Part shown: piece by piece, positions 24,101-36,600 of the stretch
Layout: each line of letters opens with the position of its first letter
Position numbering within the stretch: position 1 is the first letter of the stretch
Assembly (NCBI GenBank): GCA_038087875.1
Contig: JAXLNO010006061.1
Location: 62,001 to 126,000, forward strand
Length of the DNA stretch: 64,000 bases
From: Malacoraja senta
Lineage: Eukaryota
Reading direction: 5' to 3'
Program-made: the position numbers and the translations under genes
The notes under the pieces: generated by a model
Told to the model about the DNA's origin: nothing
The model's input: the letters and a program-made list of their open reading frames with translations, nothing else
Databases searched by the model: none

Positions 24101-25260
24101 TGTCTGCCTGCCACTTTTACTTTTCACCTTGCTACCTATTGCTTCCGCCCGCATTTTACACCCCTCTGTTTCTCTGCTCACCCATTTAAGAACCCCACCA
24201 CCTCTTATTCTCTGTTTATTATTGTTTTCTTCTTCCCCCCCTACATGTTGGGTCTGAGTGCTTTCCTTCTCTGCCTCCTGCCTCACACACTGTCTAATAG
24301 CATTCTCTATTTGAGTCCCTCCCCCCAACCATTCTAGTTTAAAGTCTCCCCAGTAGCCTTTGCAGATCTCCCTGCCAGGATATCGGTCCCCCTCAGGTTC
24401 AAGTGCAACCCATCCTTTTTGTACAGGTCGAACCTTCCACAAAAGAGGTCCCAATGATCCAGAAATTTGAATCCCTGCCTTCTGCACCAGTCCTTCAGCC
24501 ACGCATTTATCCTCCACCTCGCTCCATTCCTACTCTCACTGTCGCGTGGCACAGGCAGTAATCCCGAGATTGTTACCTTTGCTGTCCTTCTCTTTAACTC
24601 CCCTCCTAACTCCCTAAATTCTCCTTTCAGGACCTCTTCTCTTTTTTTACCTATGTCATTGGTACCTATATGTATCACGACCTCGGGCTCCTCTCGCTGC
24701 CCTTTCAGGATGTCTTGGACACGTTGAGACACATCACAGACCCTGGCACCAGGGAGGCAAACTACCATCCGGGTCTCCCGACTGCGTCCACAGAATCGCC
24801 TGTCTGACCCCCTAACTATAGAGTCCCCTATTAATATTGCCCTCCTCTTCTTTTCCTTACCCTTCTGAGCAACAGGACCGGTCTCTATACCGGAGGCCCG
24901 GCCGCTGTCGCTACCCCCAGGTAGGCTGTCCACCCCAACAGTTCTCAAACAGGAGTACTTATTGTCAAGGTGTACAGCCACCGGGGTACTCTTTAGTCCC
25001 TGCCTGTGCCCCTTGCCTCTCCCAACCGTGATCCACTTGCCTGCCTCCTGTGGTGTTGGAGTGACCACATCCCTGTAACTCCTCTCAATGACTTCCTCGC
25101 TCTCCCTGACCAGACGGAGGTCATCGAGCTGCTGCTCCAGGTTCCTAATACAGTCCATTAGGAGCCCCATCTCGATACACCTGGCGCAGATGTGGACGTC
25201 TGGAGGGCTATCAGACTCCATGACTTCCCACATCTGACATCCCGAACAGTAAACTGCCCT
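21129..25260 (-). mobile_element. Near-full-length CR1, family B/A chimera (ORF1 + frameshifted ORF2 + (ATCTATGT)n tail)
   Basis: ORF1 at 24334-25233; ORF2 in three frames (EN 23189-24330, linker, RT 21223-22779); tandem tail at 21129-21147. Confidence 0.93.
24334..25260 (-). CDS. CR1 ORF1 (CxxC..CxxC zinc finger, coiled coil, SGNH esterase); open frame, native start truncated
   Basis: RAVYCSGCQMWEV...HICARC; LEQQLDDL heptads; GDSIVRG, HIGTND and DGLHLN esterase motifs. Confidence 0.85.
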   Translation of the reverse strand, partial: RAVYCSGCQMWEVMESDSPPDVHICARCIEMGLLMDCIRNLEQQLDDLRLVRESEEVIERSYRDVVTPTPQEAGKWITVGRGKGHRQGLKSTPVAVHLDNKYSCLRTVGVDSLPGGSDSGRASGIETGPVAQKGKEKKRRAILIGDSIVRGSDRRFCGRSRETRMVVCLPGARVCDVSQRVQDILKGQREEPEVVIHIGTNDIGKKREEVLKGEFRELGGELKRRTAKVTISGLLPVPRDSESRNGARWRINAWLKDWCRRQGFKFLDHWDLFCGRFDLYKKDGLHLNLRGTDILAGRSAKATGETLN

Positions 25261-25930
25261 GTTTGGATAGGTTTGTAATGCTAGTTTCTGGGTTTCTAAT
25301 GTATATTAATACATCATCTGCATATAAAGACATTTTATTCACTGTGTCTTTGGTATTATACCCGTATATTTCTGGATGGGCTCTAACACTTTCTGCTAAT
25401 GGTTCAATAGCGAGAGCGAATAATAACGGAGATAGCGGGCATCCTTGTCTACAACCTCTAGATAAGTTAAATTTAGTTGATAACATTTGGTTTGTTAATT
25501 TTCTAGCTGTTGGGTTAGTATATAAGAGTGTGCAGTACTTCTCGCCCAGTTGAAAATTTTCCATCACCGAAAATAGATAGGGCCATTCCACCTGATCAAA
25601 TGCTTTTTCAGCATCTAACGAAATGATTACTAGGTCTACATTAGCAATTCTATTTGAATATATAATATTGAATAATCGTCTCAAATTATAAGATGAGTAT
25701 CGTTTTGGAATAAAACCTGTTTGGTCGGGGTGTACTAATTTATTAATCACTAAACTTAATCTATGTGCTAGAATTTTAGTTAATATTTTCTGATCAGTAT
25801 TTAAGAGAGCTATTGCTCTATATGAACCTATGCCTTCAAGGTCCTTATCTGTTTTTGGTATAAGTGTTATTGTAGATTCGTTTAAAGTTTCTGGCAGTTT
25901 CTGTTGAGTAAAAGCATACATATACAGTGT
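25261..25930 (-). mobile_element. Host L1 (L1-C) RT domain
   Basis: DQTGFIP, SLDAEKAFD, GCRQGCPLSPLLF, YADD; reads in frame into 21128 across the CR1 insertion. Confidence 0.9.
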
Positions 25931-25996
25931 CTGTAAGCTTATAATTCCATTCAAAATTAAAATTATAATATGGTATAAAGTAAAAAAGGTGAAAGA

Positions 25997-28900
25997 GACT
26001 TCCGGTGGGGGCGACATGTTGGAGTAGTCGCACTTTTCCACGCTCCCGACCTTTTCACCTCCAACTTTTATTACAGCTCAGTCTAAGTTTTTTAACCACC
26101 CACAAACATTTAAACATCATTGTCAGTACCTCTCTACGTTGTAAAGATGCCAAACAAAGGAAAGAAAGCGGAGCAAAAGACAGAAGACCCGACGGCCACG
26201 CTAGCAGCCATGATAACAGAACATAAGGTACTGTTACTGGCAGAATTCAACACTGCGTTACCAAATTGGAAACAAAGCTGGACAATATCCAGACCACTGT
26301 GTTAGACCACCAACACCGTCTCTCGTCATTAGAGTCTCTTGCCGCTATCACGAGCTATAACGTTAATGTTAACTACGGTGACCGAAGAGAACGCCAAGCT
26401 AAAGGCTAAGCTTATCGGCCTGGAAGTCAGGAGTCGCCGAAATAACATAAGGATAGTGGGTCTTCCCGAGAATATCGAGGGCTCCCAAACAACAGCGTTT
26501 TTCTCTCAACTTCTGCTCGAGACTCTTGGCAAACACATACTGGAATCAGCCCCGGAGCTAGACCGAGCCCACCGTACGCTAACAGCCAAGCCAAGCCCTG
26601 GTGAAAAACCCAGAGCAGTTGTGATCTGCGTCCATAGTGTCCGGGGAGGGAAAGAGGCGACGACTAACATCTCCCGAGGACGCTCAGGATTTCATCTCAT
26701 CTTACCATCGACGCAGACCCACAGATGACTGACTTCGTTCAGTACGTCTATATTCGAGTGGCACAGGGGCCCGGTTAATCTATGGTTACATGGACTAACT
26801 TTAGCTTGACTGTTCCTAATAACTAGCTATGGTTAGCGTGCAGCATTGCTGATTATACTAGACCCCGGTTTCAAAATGTATGTGGCTGGTAAGAAATCAC
26901 CAGGATTTGCGAATATTTTATACTAACTTTTTCTTATATTGTCGATGTGTAATCATACTTGAGGGGTCCCTCACCAGCATATGCTATAAAACTGGGCTCA
27001 AAGGACCCACTTTGTGGTTTGGGATTTGGTCTCTGCCTTCCTGTTCTTCACAGCTGCCCGCTAACGCTGTCAGCACCTGGCTAGTTTGCTTATACTAATC
27101 TTCATAACGAACTGTCTGGGGCTGATAAGAGCTCATTACAGCCAGGGCGGTGTTATATAAATCTTATCTTATACCTTTTTTGTTTAACAAAACATAATTG
27201 ATGCCTTTAGCGCTGTGCTTTAATCCAACAGCCCAGTTTGTAATTTGCTAACCTTTCCAACGCCAACTCTCTCTTTATACTTTGTCGATTTTAAGACATA
27301 CTATGTAACATCAAAGGAAGTTATTCCGGATCCACTTACACGTTAGCCGGTTTATTTACTATCACCATTTTGTTAATATGCTTTGTCTTATTGTGACTAT
27401 CATCATTGCTATTATTACTATTAGTGTTAGCAATGGTACTGGCAGTGCAACCATAATGGTTATTATTTTAACTTTGCATTTATCAATGTATGTTTATCTT
27501 ACTTTATTCCTACTCTCTATTTATCAAATTATTATCATCATCGTCATTATTACTATTACTATACTTATTTTACTTCATGTTATCTTATCGACACTGAGTA
27601 ACCGTCGCTTTGGGAAGCGGTGATATAAGGAGTTAAGATTGGATATCTCCATGCGGAAGCGAGGACAACGCACCTTGGTGCAATGGGCACTTAAGGTTCA
27701 GTTGAGACATGGGGGATCTCAGGTCTGGAGTCTCAGGTTTGAAAGATGGTTAAATGATATGTGTTCCACTTGTTTGCTGTGTGTGNNNNNNNNNNNNNNN
27801 NNNNNNNNNNNNNNNNNNNNNNNNNNNNNNNNNNNNNNNNNNNNNNNNNNNNNNNNNNNNNNNNNNNNNNNNNNNNNNNNNNNNNNNNNNNNNNNNNNNN
27901 NNNNNNNNNNNNNNNNNNNNNNNNNNNNNNNNNNNNNNNNNNNNNNNNNNNNNNNNNNNNNNNNNNNNNNNNNNNNNNNNNNNNNNNNNNNNNNNNNNNN
28001 NNNNNNNNNNNNNNGGCAGCTGGCTTCGATGCGCTCTTCCGTCTCGTTTTGCAGAACTACAGCGCATTACCCATATAGCTAAATATGGCCAACACAAACG
28101 ATACTCTTAGATTTGTCTCGTGGAATGTGAGAGGGACGGGAAGTCCTACCAAAACTGATAGGATCTTGGCCCATTTGCAACAGCTCAAAGGTGATATATT
28201 CTTCATCCAAGAGACCCACCTTCGCAACAGAGAGGTAACACGGCTTAAGAGAGGCTGGGTTAGTCAACTATTTCACTCGAAATGTAATAATAGGGCTATC
28301 CTGATTCATAAGAACATTAAGTTCGAACCACAGAAAACTGTGGAAGACCCTGCTGGTCGCTTTGTCATGGTGTCGGGCAAATTGCAAGACACACCTGTCA
28401 TATTGGCAAGCATTTATGGACCCAACTGGGATGACAGCTCATTTATAACTAAATTTTTTACATCTCTCCCAAATATTGAAAATCACCATGTCATTGTGGG
28501 TGGAGACTTTAATCTGGTCCAAGATCCTATACTGGATAGATCTTCGAATAAAGCCTCTACTTTAACTAAATCCGGTAAGACTGTGCATGTTCTTGCCAAA
28601 CAACTGGGGCTTACAGATCCATGGAGATTTATATTCCCCACGACTAAATTATTTTCATTTTTCTCCCACGTACATCGTACGTTTACCCGTATAGACTTCT
28701 TTCTCTTAGATAATAGATTGCTTTCCAAAATCAAATCTAGTGAGTACCATAGCATCGTTATATCAGATCATGCTGCGACCTCCCTTGATCTTCATTTTCG
28801 TAAACGAACTAACCCCTTTAAGTGGAGGTTCAACTCCTCATTATTAGCAGAGGCTCAATACATGCAATTCTTGCACTCCCAAATCACCCTATATTTTGAG

Positions 28901-30670
28901 CTGAATGACTTGCCGGACATAGAAAGAGGTATACTTTGGGAAGCTTCAAAAGCCTATATTAGGGGCCAACTCATTTCCTTTATCTCCAACCTGAAAAGAA
29001 CCGAGACGTTCCAAACGGCAGATCTGTTACAAAAAATAAAGGACATTGATGACAAATATGCATCTGACCCAAACCCTAATCTCTATAGAGAACGCCTTAG
29101 GCTACAAACAGACTTTGACCTCATATCCATTAATAAAGCCAATCTACGACTGCTTAAATCTAGGCAACACTTTTTTGAATCTGGGGATAAAGCTGGAAAG
29201 CTTTTGGCCCATCAGGACAGAACAGAGGCGACTTCACGGCTAATTCCAGCCATTAGATCCAGCTCAGGGGAGACTCATACTGATCCTCGCAGAATTAATG
29301 AAACATTTGCTAAATTCTACACTGAACTATACACTTCCGACTGTCCGCCCACTGCAGGTGACATGTTCAGCAGTATGACGCTTCCCCGAATTGACGAAGA
29401 AGCCATGAGAGACTTGGGTGGTCCCATAACTGTAGCTGAGGTCCAAGCAGCCATCACATCGTTGCAAAGCGGAAAGTCACCCGGCCCTGACGGCTTCTCT
29501 GTAGAATATTACAAAGCTTTCTCTGACCTCCTCGCACCAGTCCTGAGAGATATGTACAATGAGGCGTTTTTACATCGTCGCCTACCGCCCACCTTGTCGT
29601 GGGCTACCATCTCCCTAATTCTTAAAAAGGAGAAAGATCCCCTGCTTTGTAGTAGCTATAGACTAATCTCACTACTGAATGTGGACCTCAAAATCCTTTC
29701 TAAAGCCCTTGCGCTTCATCTTCAACGAGTGATGCCCTCTATTATCTCGTTGGATCAAACAGGGTTTGTACCTGGCCGACAGTCTTCCCATAATACTAGG
29801 CGTCTCCTTAACATCATTCACTCTTCGAGTAATGAGACCCCGGAGATGGTGGTCTCCCTCGATGCCGAAAAGGCCTTCGACAGGGTCGAGTGGAGGTACC
29901 TATATGATAGGTTTGGCCTCGGAAACAGTTTTATTCTCTGGGTGAGCCTATTATATTCGTCCCCGGTGGCCTCAGTACAAACAAACGACATACTGTCGCC
30001 CCACTTCACACTTCAGAGAGGTACCAGACAGGTACCACTATCTCCACTCTTGTTTAATGTCGCGATAGAACCCCTGGCGGTCTGGTTACGCGCAGAGAAG
30101 GGCTTTAAAGGTATTACACGGTTTGACACAACTCATAAAGTCTCATTGTATGCGGATGACCTGCTCGAACCCAGTCAGTTCTCTCCCTGTGATTATGAAT
30201 ATTTTAGAACGGTTTGGTGCATATTCTGGTTATAAACTTAACTACCAAAAGAGTGAGCTATTACCGATTAACTTACCGGCTAAGCAGCTCCCTCGCTCTT
30301 TAACCTCATTCAAAAGGGCAGAGGATGGGTTTTGCTATCTCGCCGTTTTTATCACAATACCCTTATCTGATATGTTCCGCACAAACTTTTTGCCTCTGGT
30401 TGAGAAAGCCGAAAAAGATTTTGATCGCTGGTCAGTCTTACTGCTATCCCTCGTGGGCCGGATAAATCTGGTTAAGATGGTTGTCCTACCCAAATTCCTG
30501 TATCTTTTCCAGCATGTCCCCATACTTATCACCAAATCTTTTTTTGACAACTTAGAAAGGACAATATCTAAATTCTTATGGGGTAGCAAACCGGTCAGAA
30601 TCCGAAAGGCGATACTGCAGTCGCCTAAGAGTGATGGCGGTTTGGCCCTCCCTGATTTTAGGCAATACTA
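25997..30670 (+). mobile_element. L1-A, 3'-truncated by the duplication junction
   Basis: 5' GACTTCCGGTGG; ORF1 remnant RSRRNNIRIVGLPE..DRAHR; ORF2 from 28085 (SWNVRG, QETH, GDFN, SDH, DAEKAFD, YADD). Confidence 0.92.
27786..28014. other. N run (229 nt) in the L1-A inter-ORF spacer
   Basis: Seen directly. Confidence 0.99.
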
Positions 30671-33600
30671 CTGGTTGTCTCCTCCCCTCCCCCAGCCCTC
30701 GGGCTCCTCCTCCGCCTTTTCCTTTTTTCCTTTCTTCTCCCCACCCCCTATCAGTCTGGTTTCGGCCCGAAACGTTACCTATTTCCTTTGCTCCATAGAT
30801 GCTGCTGCACCCGCTGAGTTTCTCCAGCATTTTTGTGTACCACTGAATATTCTTATGTAGTTTATTCAGTAAGGGTGGGAAGTTTAATTTAAATAAAGAA
30901 GTATATGTCTTAGTTAGATAAATTCCTAGATATTTAAATTTTTTATGGACTATTTTAAAGGGGGATTGTTGCAATGTATGTAAATTGTGATCCGTTATTG
31001 GCATGATTTCGCTTTTATTCCAATTAATTCTATATCCCGAGAACAAACAAAATTGAGTTAGTAGATACATAGATACATAGAAAATAGGTGCAGGAGTAGC
31101 CCATTCGGCCCTTCGAGCCTGCACCGCCATTCAATATGATCATGGCTGATCATCCAACTCAGTATCCCGTACCGGCCTTCTCTCCATACCCCCTGATCCC
31201 CTTAGCCACAAGGGCCACATCTAACTCCCTCTTAAATATAGCCAATGAACTGGCCTCAACTACCCTCTGTGGCAGAGAGTTCCAGAGATTCACCACTCTC
31301 TGTGTGAAAACGTTTTTCCTCATCTCAGTCTTAAAGGATTTCCCCCTTCTCCTTAAGCTGTGACCCCTTGTCCTGGACTTCCCCAACATCGGGAACAATC
31401 TTCCTGCATCTAGCCTGTCCAACCCCATAAGAATTTTGTACGTTTCTATAAGATCCCCTCTCAATCTCCTAAATTCTAGCGAGTATAAGCCAAGTCTATC
31501 CAGTCTTTCTTCATATGAAAGTCCTGACATCCCAGGAATCAGTCTGGTGAACCTTCTCTGCACTCCCTCTATGGCTATAATGTCCTTCCTCAGATTTGGA
31601 GACCAAAACTGTACGCAATACTGCAGGTGTGGTCTCACCAAGACCCTGTACAACTGCAGTAGAACCTCCCTGCTCCTATACTCAAATCCTCTTGCTATGA
31701 AGGCCAACATACCATTCGCTTTCTTCACTGCCTGCTGCACCTGCATGCCTACTTTCAAAGACTGGTGTACCATGACACCCAGGTCTCGCTGCATCTCCCC
31801 ATTTCCTAATCGGCCACCATTTAGATAATAGTCTGCCTTCCCGTTCTTGCCACCAAAGTAGATAACCTCACATTTATCCACATTATACTGCATCTGCCAA
31901 ACATTTGCCCACTCACCCAGCCTATCCAAGTCACCTTGCAGTCTCCTAGCATCCTCCTCACAGCTAACACTGCCCCCCAGCTTAGTGTCATCCGCAAACT
32001 TGGAGATGTTGCTTTCAATTCCCTCGTCCAGATCATTAATATAAATTGTAAATTGTAAATAGCTGGGGTCCCAGCACTGAGCACTAGTCACTGCCTGCCA
32101 TTGTGAAAAGGACCCATTTACTCCTACTCTTTGCTTCCTGTTTGCCAGCCAGTTCTCTATCCACATTAATACTGAACCCCCAATACCGTGTGATTTAAGT
32201 TTGTATCCTAATCTCTTATGTGGTACCTTGTCGAAAGCCTTCTGAAAGTCCAGATACAACACATCCACTGGTTCTCCCCTATCCACTCTACTAGTTACAT
32301 CCTCGAAAAATTCTATAAGATTCGTCAGACACGATTTACCTTTCGTAAATCCATGCTGACTTTGTCCAATGATTTCACCACTTTCCAAATGTGCTGCTAT
32401 CCCATCTTTAATAACTGACTCTAGCAGTTTCCCCACTACCGATGTTAGACTAACTGGTCTGTAATTCCCCGTTTTCTCTCTCCCTCCCTTCTTAAAAAGT
32501 GGGGTTACATTTGCTACCCTCCAATCCTCAGGAACTACTCCAGAATCTAAAGAGTTTTGAAAAATTAGCACTAATGCATCCACTATTTCTGGAGCTACTT
32601 CCTTAAGTACTCTGGGATGCAGCCCATCTGGCCCTGGTGATTTATCGGCCTTTAATCCATTCAATTTACCCAACACCACTTCCCGACTAACCTGGATTTC
32701 ACTCAGTTCCTCCATCTCCTTTGACCTGCGGCCCCCTGCTATTTCCGGCAGATTATTTATGTCTTCCTTAGTGAAGACGGAACCAAAGTAGTTAATTCAA
32801 TTGGTCCGCCATATCCTTGTTCCCCATGATCAATTCACCTGTTTCTGACTGCAAGGGACCTACATTTGTTTTAACTAATCTCTTTCTCTTCACATATCTA
32901 TAAAAACTTTTGCAGTCAGTTTTTATGTTCCCTGCCAGTTTCCTTTCATAATCTATTTTCCCTTTCCTAATTAAGCCCTTTGTCCTCCTCTGCTGGTCTC
33001 TGAATTTCTCCCAGTCCTCTGGTATGCTGCTTTTTCTGGCTAATTTGTACGCATCATCTTTTGCTTTGATACTATCCCTGATTTCCCTTGTTATCCACGG
33101 ATGCACTACCTTCCCTGATTTATTCTATTGCCAAACTGGGATGAACAATTTTTGTAGTTCATCCATGCAGTCTTTAAATGCCTTCCATTGCATATCCACC
33201 GTCAACCCTTTTAGAACTAATTGCCAGTCAATCTTGGCCAATTCACGTCTCATATCCTCAAAGTTACCTTTCTTTAAGTTCAGAACCGTTGTTTCTGAAT
33301 TAACAATGTCACTCTCCATCCTAATGAAGAACTCAACCATATTATGGTCACTCTTGCCCAAGGGGGCACGCACAACAAGTCTGCTAACTAACCCTTCCTC
33401 ATTACTCAATACCCAGTCTAGAATAGCCTGCTCTCTCGTTGGTTCCTCTACATGTTGGTTTAGATAACTATCCCTCATACATTCCAAGAAATCCTCTTCC
33501 TCAGCACCCCTGCCAATTTGATTCACCCAATCTATATGTAGATTGAAGTCACCCATTATAACTGTTTTGCCTTTGTTGCACGCATTTCTAATTTCCTGTT

Positions 33601-36600
33601 TGATGCCATCCCCAACTTCACTACTACTGCTAGGTGGCCTGTACACAACACCCACCAGCGTTTTCTGCCCCTTAGTGTTTCGCAGCTCTACCCATACCGA
33701 TTCCACATCCTCCAAGCTAATGTCCTTCCTTTCCACTGCGTTAATCTCCTCTCTAACCAGCAACGCTACCCCACCTCCTTTTCCTTTCTCTCTATCCCTC
33801 CTGAATATTGAATATCCCTGCATGTTCAGCTCACAGCCTTGGTCACCCTGGAGCCATGTCTCCGTGATCCCAACTATATCATAATCATTAATTGCTATCT
33901 GCACGTTCAACTCATCCACCTTATTACGAATGCTCCTTGCATTGAGACACAAAGCCTTCAGGCTTGTTTTTACAACGCTCTTACCCCTTATACAATTATG
34001 TTGAAAAGTGGCTCTTTTTGATTTTTGCCCTGGATTTGTCTGCCTGCCACTTTTACTTTTCACCTTGCTACCTATTGCTTCCGCCCGCATTTTACACCCC
34101 TCTGTTTCTCTGCTCACCCATTTAAGAACCCCACCACCTCTTATTCTCTGTTTATTATTGTTTTCTTCTTCCCCCCCTACATGTTGGGTCTGAGTGCTTT
34201 CCTTCTCTGCCTCCTGCCTCACACACTGTCTAATAGCATTCTCTATTTGAGTCCCTCCCCCCAACCATTCTAGTTTAAAGTCTCCCCAGTAGCCTTTGCA
34301 GATCTCCCTGCCAGGATATCGGTCCCCCTCAGGTTCAAGTGCAACCCATCCTTTTTGTACAGGTCGAACCTTCCACAAAAGAGGTCCCAATGATCCAGAA
34401 ATTTGAATCCCTGCCTTCTGCACCAGTCCTTCAGCCACGCATTTATCCTCCACCTCGCTCCATTCCTACTCTCACTGTCGCGTGGCACAGGCAGTAATCC
34501 CGAGATTGTTACCTTTGCTGTCCTTCTCTTTAACTCCCCTCCTAACTCCCTAAATTCTCCTTTCAGGACCTCTTCTCTTTTTTTACCTATGTCATTGGTA
34601 CCTATATGTATCACGACCTCGGGCTCCTCTCGCTGCCCTTTCAGGATGTCTTGGACACGTTGAGACACATCACAGACCCTGGCACCAGGGAGGCAAACTA
34701 CCATCCGGGTCTCCCGACTGCGTCCACAGAATCGCCTGTCTGACCCCCTAACTATAGAGTCCCCTATTAATATTGCCCTCCTCTTCTTTTCCTTACCCTT
34801 CTGAGCAACAGGACCGGTCTCTATACCGGAGGCCCGGCCGCTGTCGCTACCCCCAGGTAGGCTGTCCACCCCAACAGTTCTCAAACAGGAGTACTTATTG
34901 TCAAGGTGTACAGCCACCGGGGTACTCTTTAGTCCCTGCCTGTGCCCCTTGCCTCTCCCAACCGTGATCCACTTGCCTGCCTCCTGTGGTGTTGGAGTGA
35001 CCACATCCCTGTAACTCCTCTCAATGACTTCCTCGCTCTCCCTGACCAGACGGAGGTCATCGAGCTGCTGCTCCAGGTTCCTAATACAGTCCATTAGGAG
35101 CCCCATCTCGATACACCTGGCGCAGATGTGGACGTCTGGAGGGCTATCAGACTCCATGACTTCCCACATCTGACATCCCGAACAGTAAACTGCCCTGTTT
35201 GGATAGGTTTGTAATGCTAGTTTCTGGGTTTCTAATGTATATTAATACATCATCTGCATATAAAGACATTTTATTCACTGTGTCTTTGGTATTATACCCG
35301 TATATTTCTGGATGGGCTCTAACACTTTCTGCTAATGGTTCAATAGCGAGAGCGAATAATAACGGAGATAGCGGGCATCCTTGTCTACAACCTCTAGATA
35401 AGTTAAATTTAGTTGATAACATTTGGTTTGTTAATTTTCTAGCTGTTGGGTTAGTATATAAGAGTGTGCAGTACTTCTCGCCCAGTTGAAAATTTTCCAT
35501 CACCGAAAATAGATAGGGCCATTCCACCTGATCAAATGCTTTTTCAGCATCTAACGAAATGATTACTAGGTCTACATTAGCAATTCTATTTGAATATATA
35601 ATATTGAATAATCGTCTCAAATTATAAGATGAGTATCGTTTTGGAATAAAACCTGTTTGGTCGGGGTGTACTAATTTATTAATCACTAAACTTAATCTAT
35701 GTGCTAGAATTTTAGTTAATATTTTCTGATCAGTATTTAAGAGAGCTATTGCTCTATATGAACCTATGCCTTCAAGGTCCTTATCTGTTTTTGGTATAAG
35801 TGTTATTGTAGATTCGTTTAAAGTTTCTGGCAGTTTCTGTTGAGTAAAAGCATACATATACAGTGTCTGTAAGCTTATAATTCCATTCAAAATTAAAATT
35901 ATAATATGGTATAAAGTAAAAAAGGTGAAAGAGACTTCCGGTGGGGGCGACATGTTGGAGTAGTCGCACTTTTCCACGCTCCCGACCTTTTCACCTCCAA
36001 CTTTTATTACAGCTCAGTCTAAGTTTTTTAACCACCCACAAACATTTAAACATCATTGTCAGTACCTCTCTACGTTGTAAAGATGCCAAACAAAGGAAAG
36101 AAAGCGGAGCAAAAGACAGAAGACCCGACGGCCACGCTAGCAGCCATGATAACAGAACATAAGGTACTGTTACTGGCAGAATTCAACACTGCGTTACCAA
36201 ATTGGAAACAAAGCTGGACAATATCCAGACCACTGTGTTAGACCACCAACACCGTCTCTCGTCATTAGAGTCTCTTGCCGCTATCACGAGCTATAACGTT
36301 AATGTTAACTACGGTGACCGAAGAGAACGCCAAGCTAAAGGCTAAGCTTATCGGCCTGGAAGTCAGGAGTCGCCGAAATAACATAAGGATAGTGGGTCTT
36401 CCCGAGAATATCGAGGGCTCCCAAACAACAGCGTTTTTCTCTCAACTTCTGCTCGAGACTCTTGGCAAACACATACTGGAATCAGCCCCGGAGCTAGACC
36501 GAGCCCACCGTACGCTAACAGCCAAGCCAAGCCCTGGTGAAAAACCCAGAGCAGTTGTGATCTGCGTCCATAGTGTCCGGGGAGGGAAAGAGGCGACGAC

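Larger units (their letters stand above)
20735..30670. repeat. Tandem segmental duplication 1, unit 1 (9,936 bp)
   Basis: The ORF track repeats at offset 9936, then 9942 after a 6-bp indel; junction at 30671 with CTGG microhomology. Confidence 0.95.

Noticed and set aside
21200-24337. Plus-strand ORFs antisense to CR1 (and similar ones elsewhere)
   Set aside because: Shadow frames of CR1 ORF2; they recur only because the element recurs.
27378-27623. Ile/Thr-rich hydrophobic ORF (and its duplicate at 37320) as a membrane protein
   Set aside because: It arises from ATT/ACT/ATC simple repeats in the L1 spacer, with a non-ATG start.
28085-30235. 716-aa L1-A ORF2 as an active retrotransposase
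   Set aside because: Small deletions and a frameshift immediately after YADD; ORF1 is also broken.
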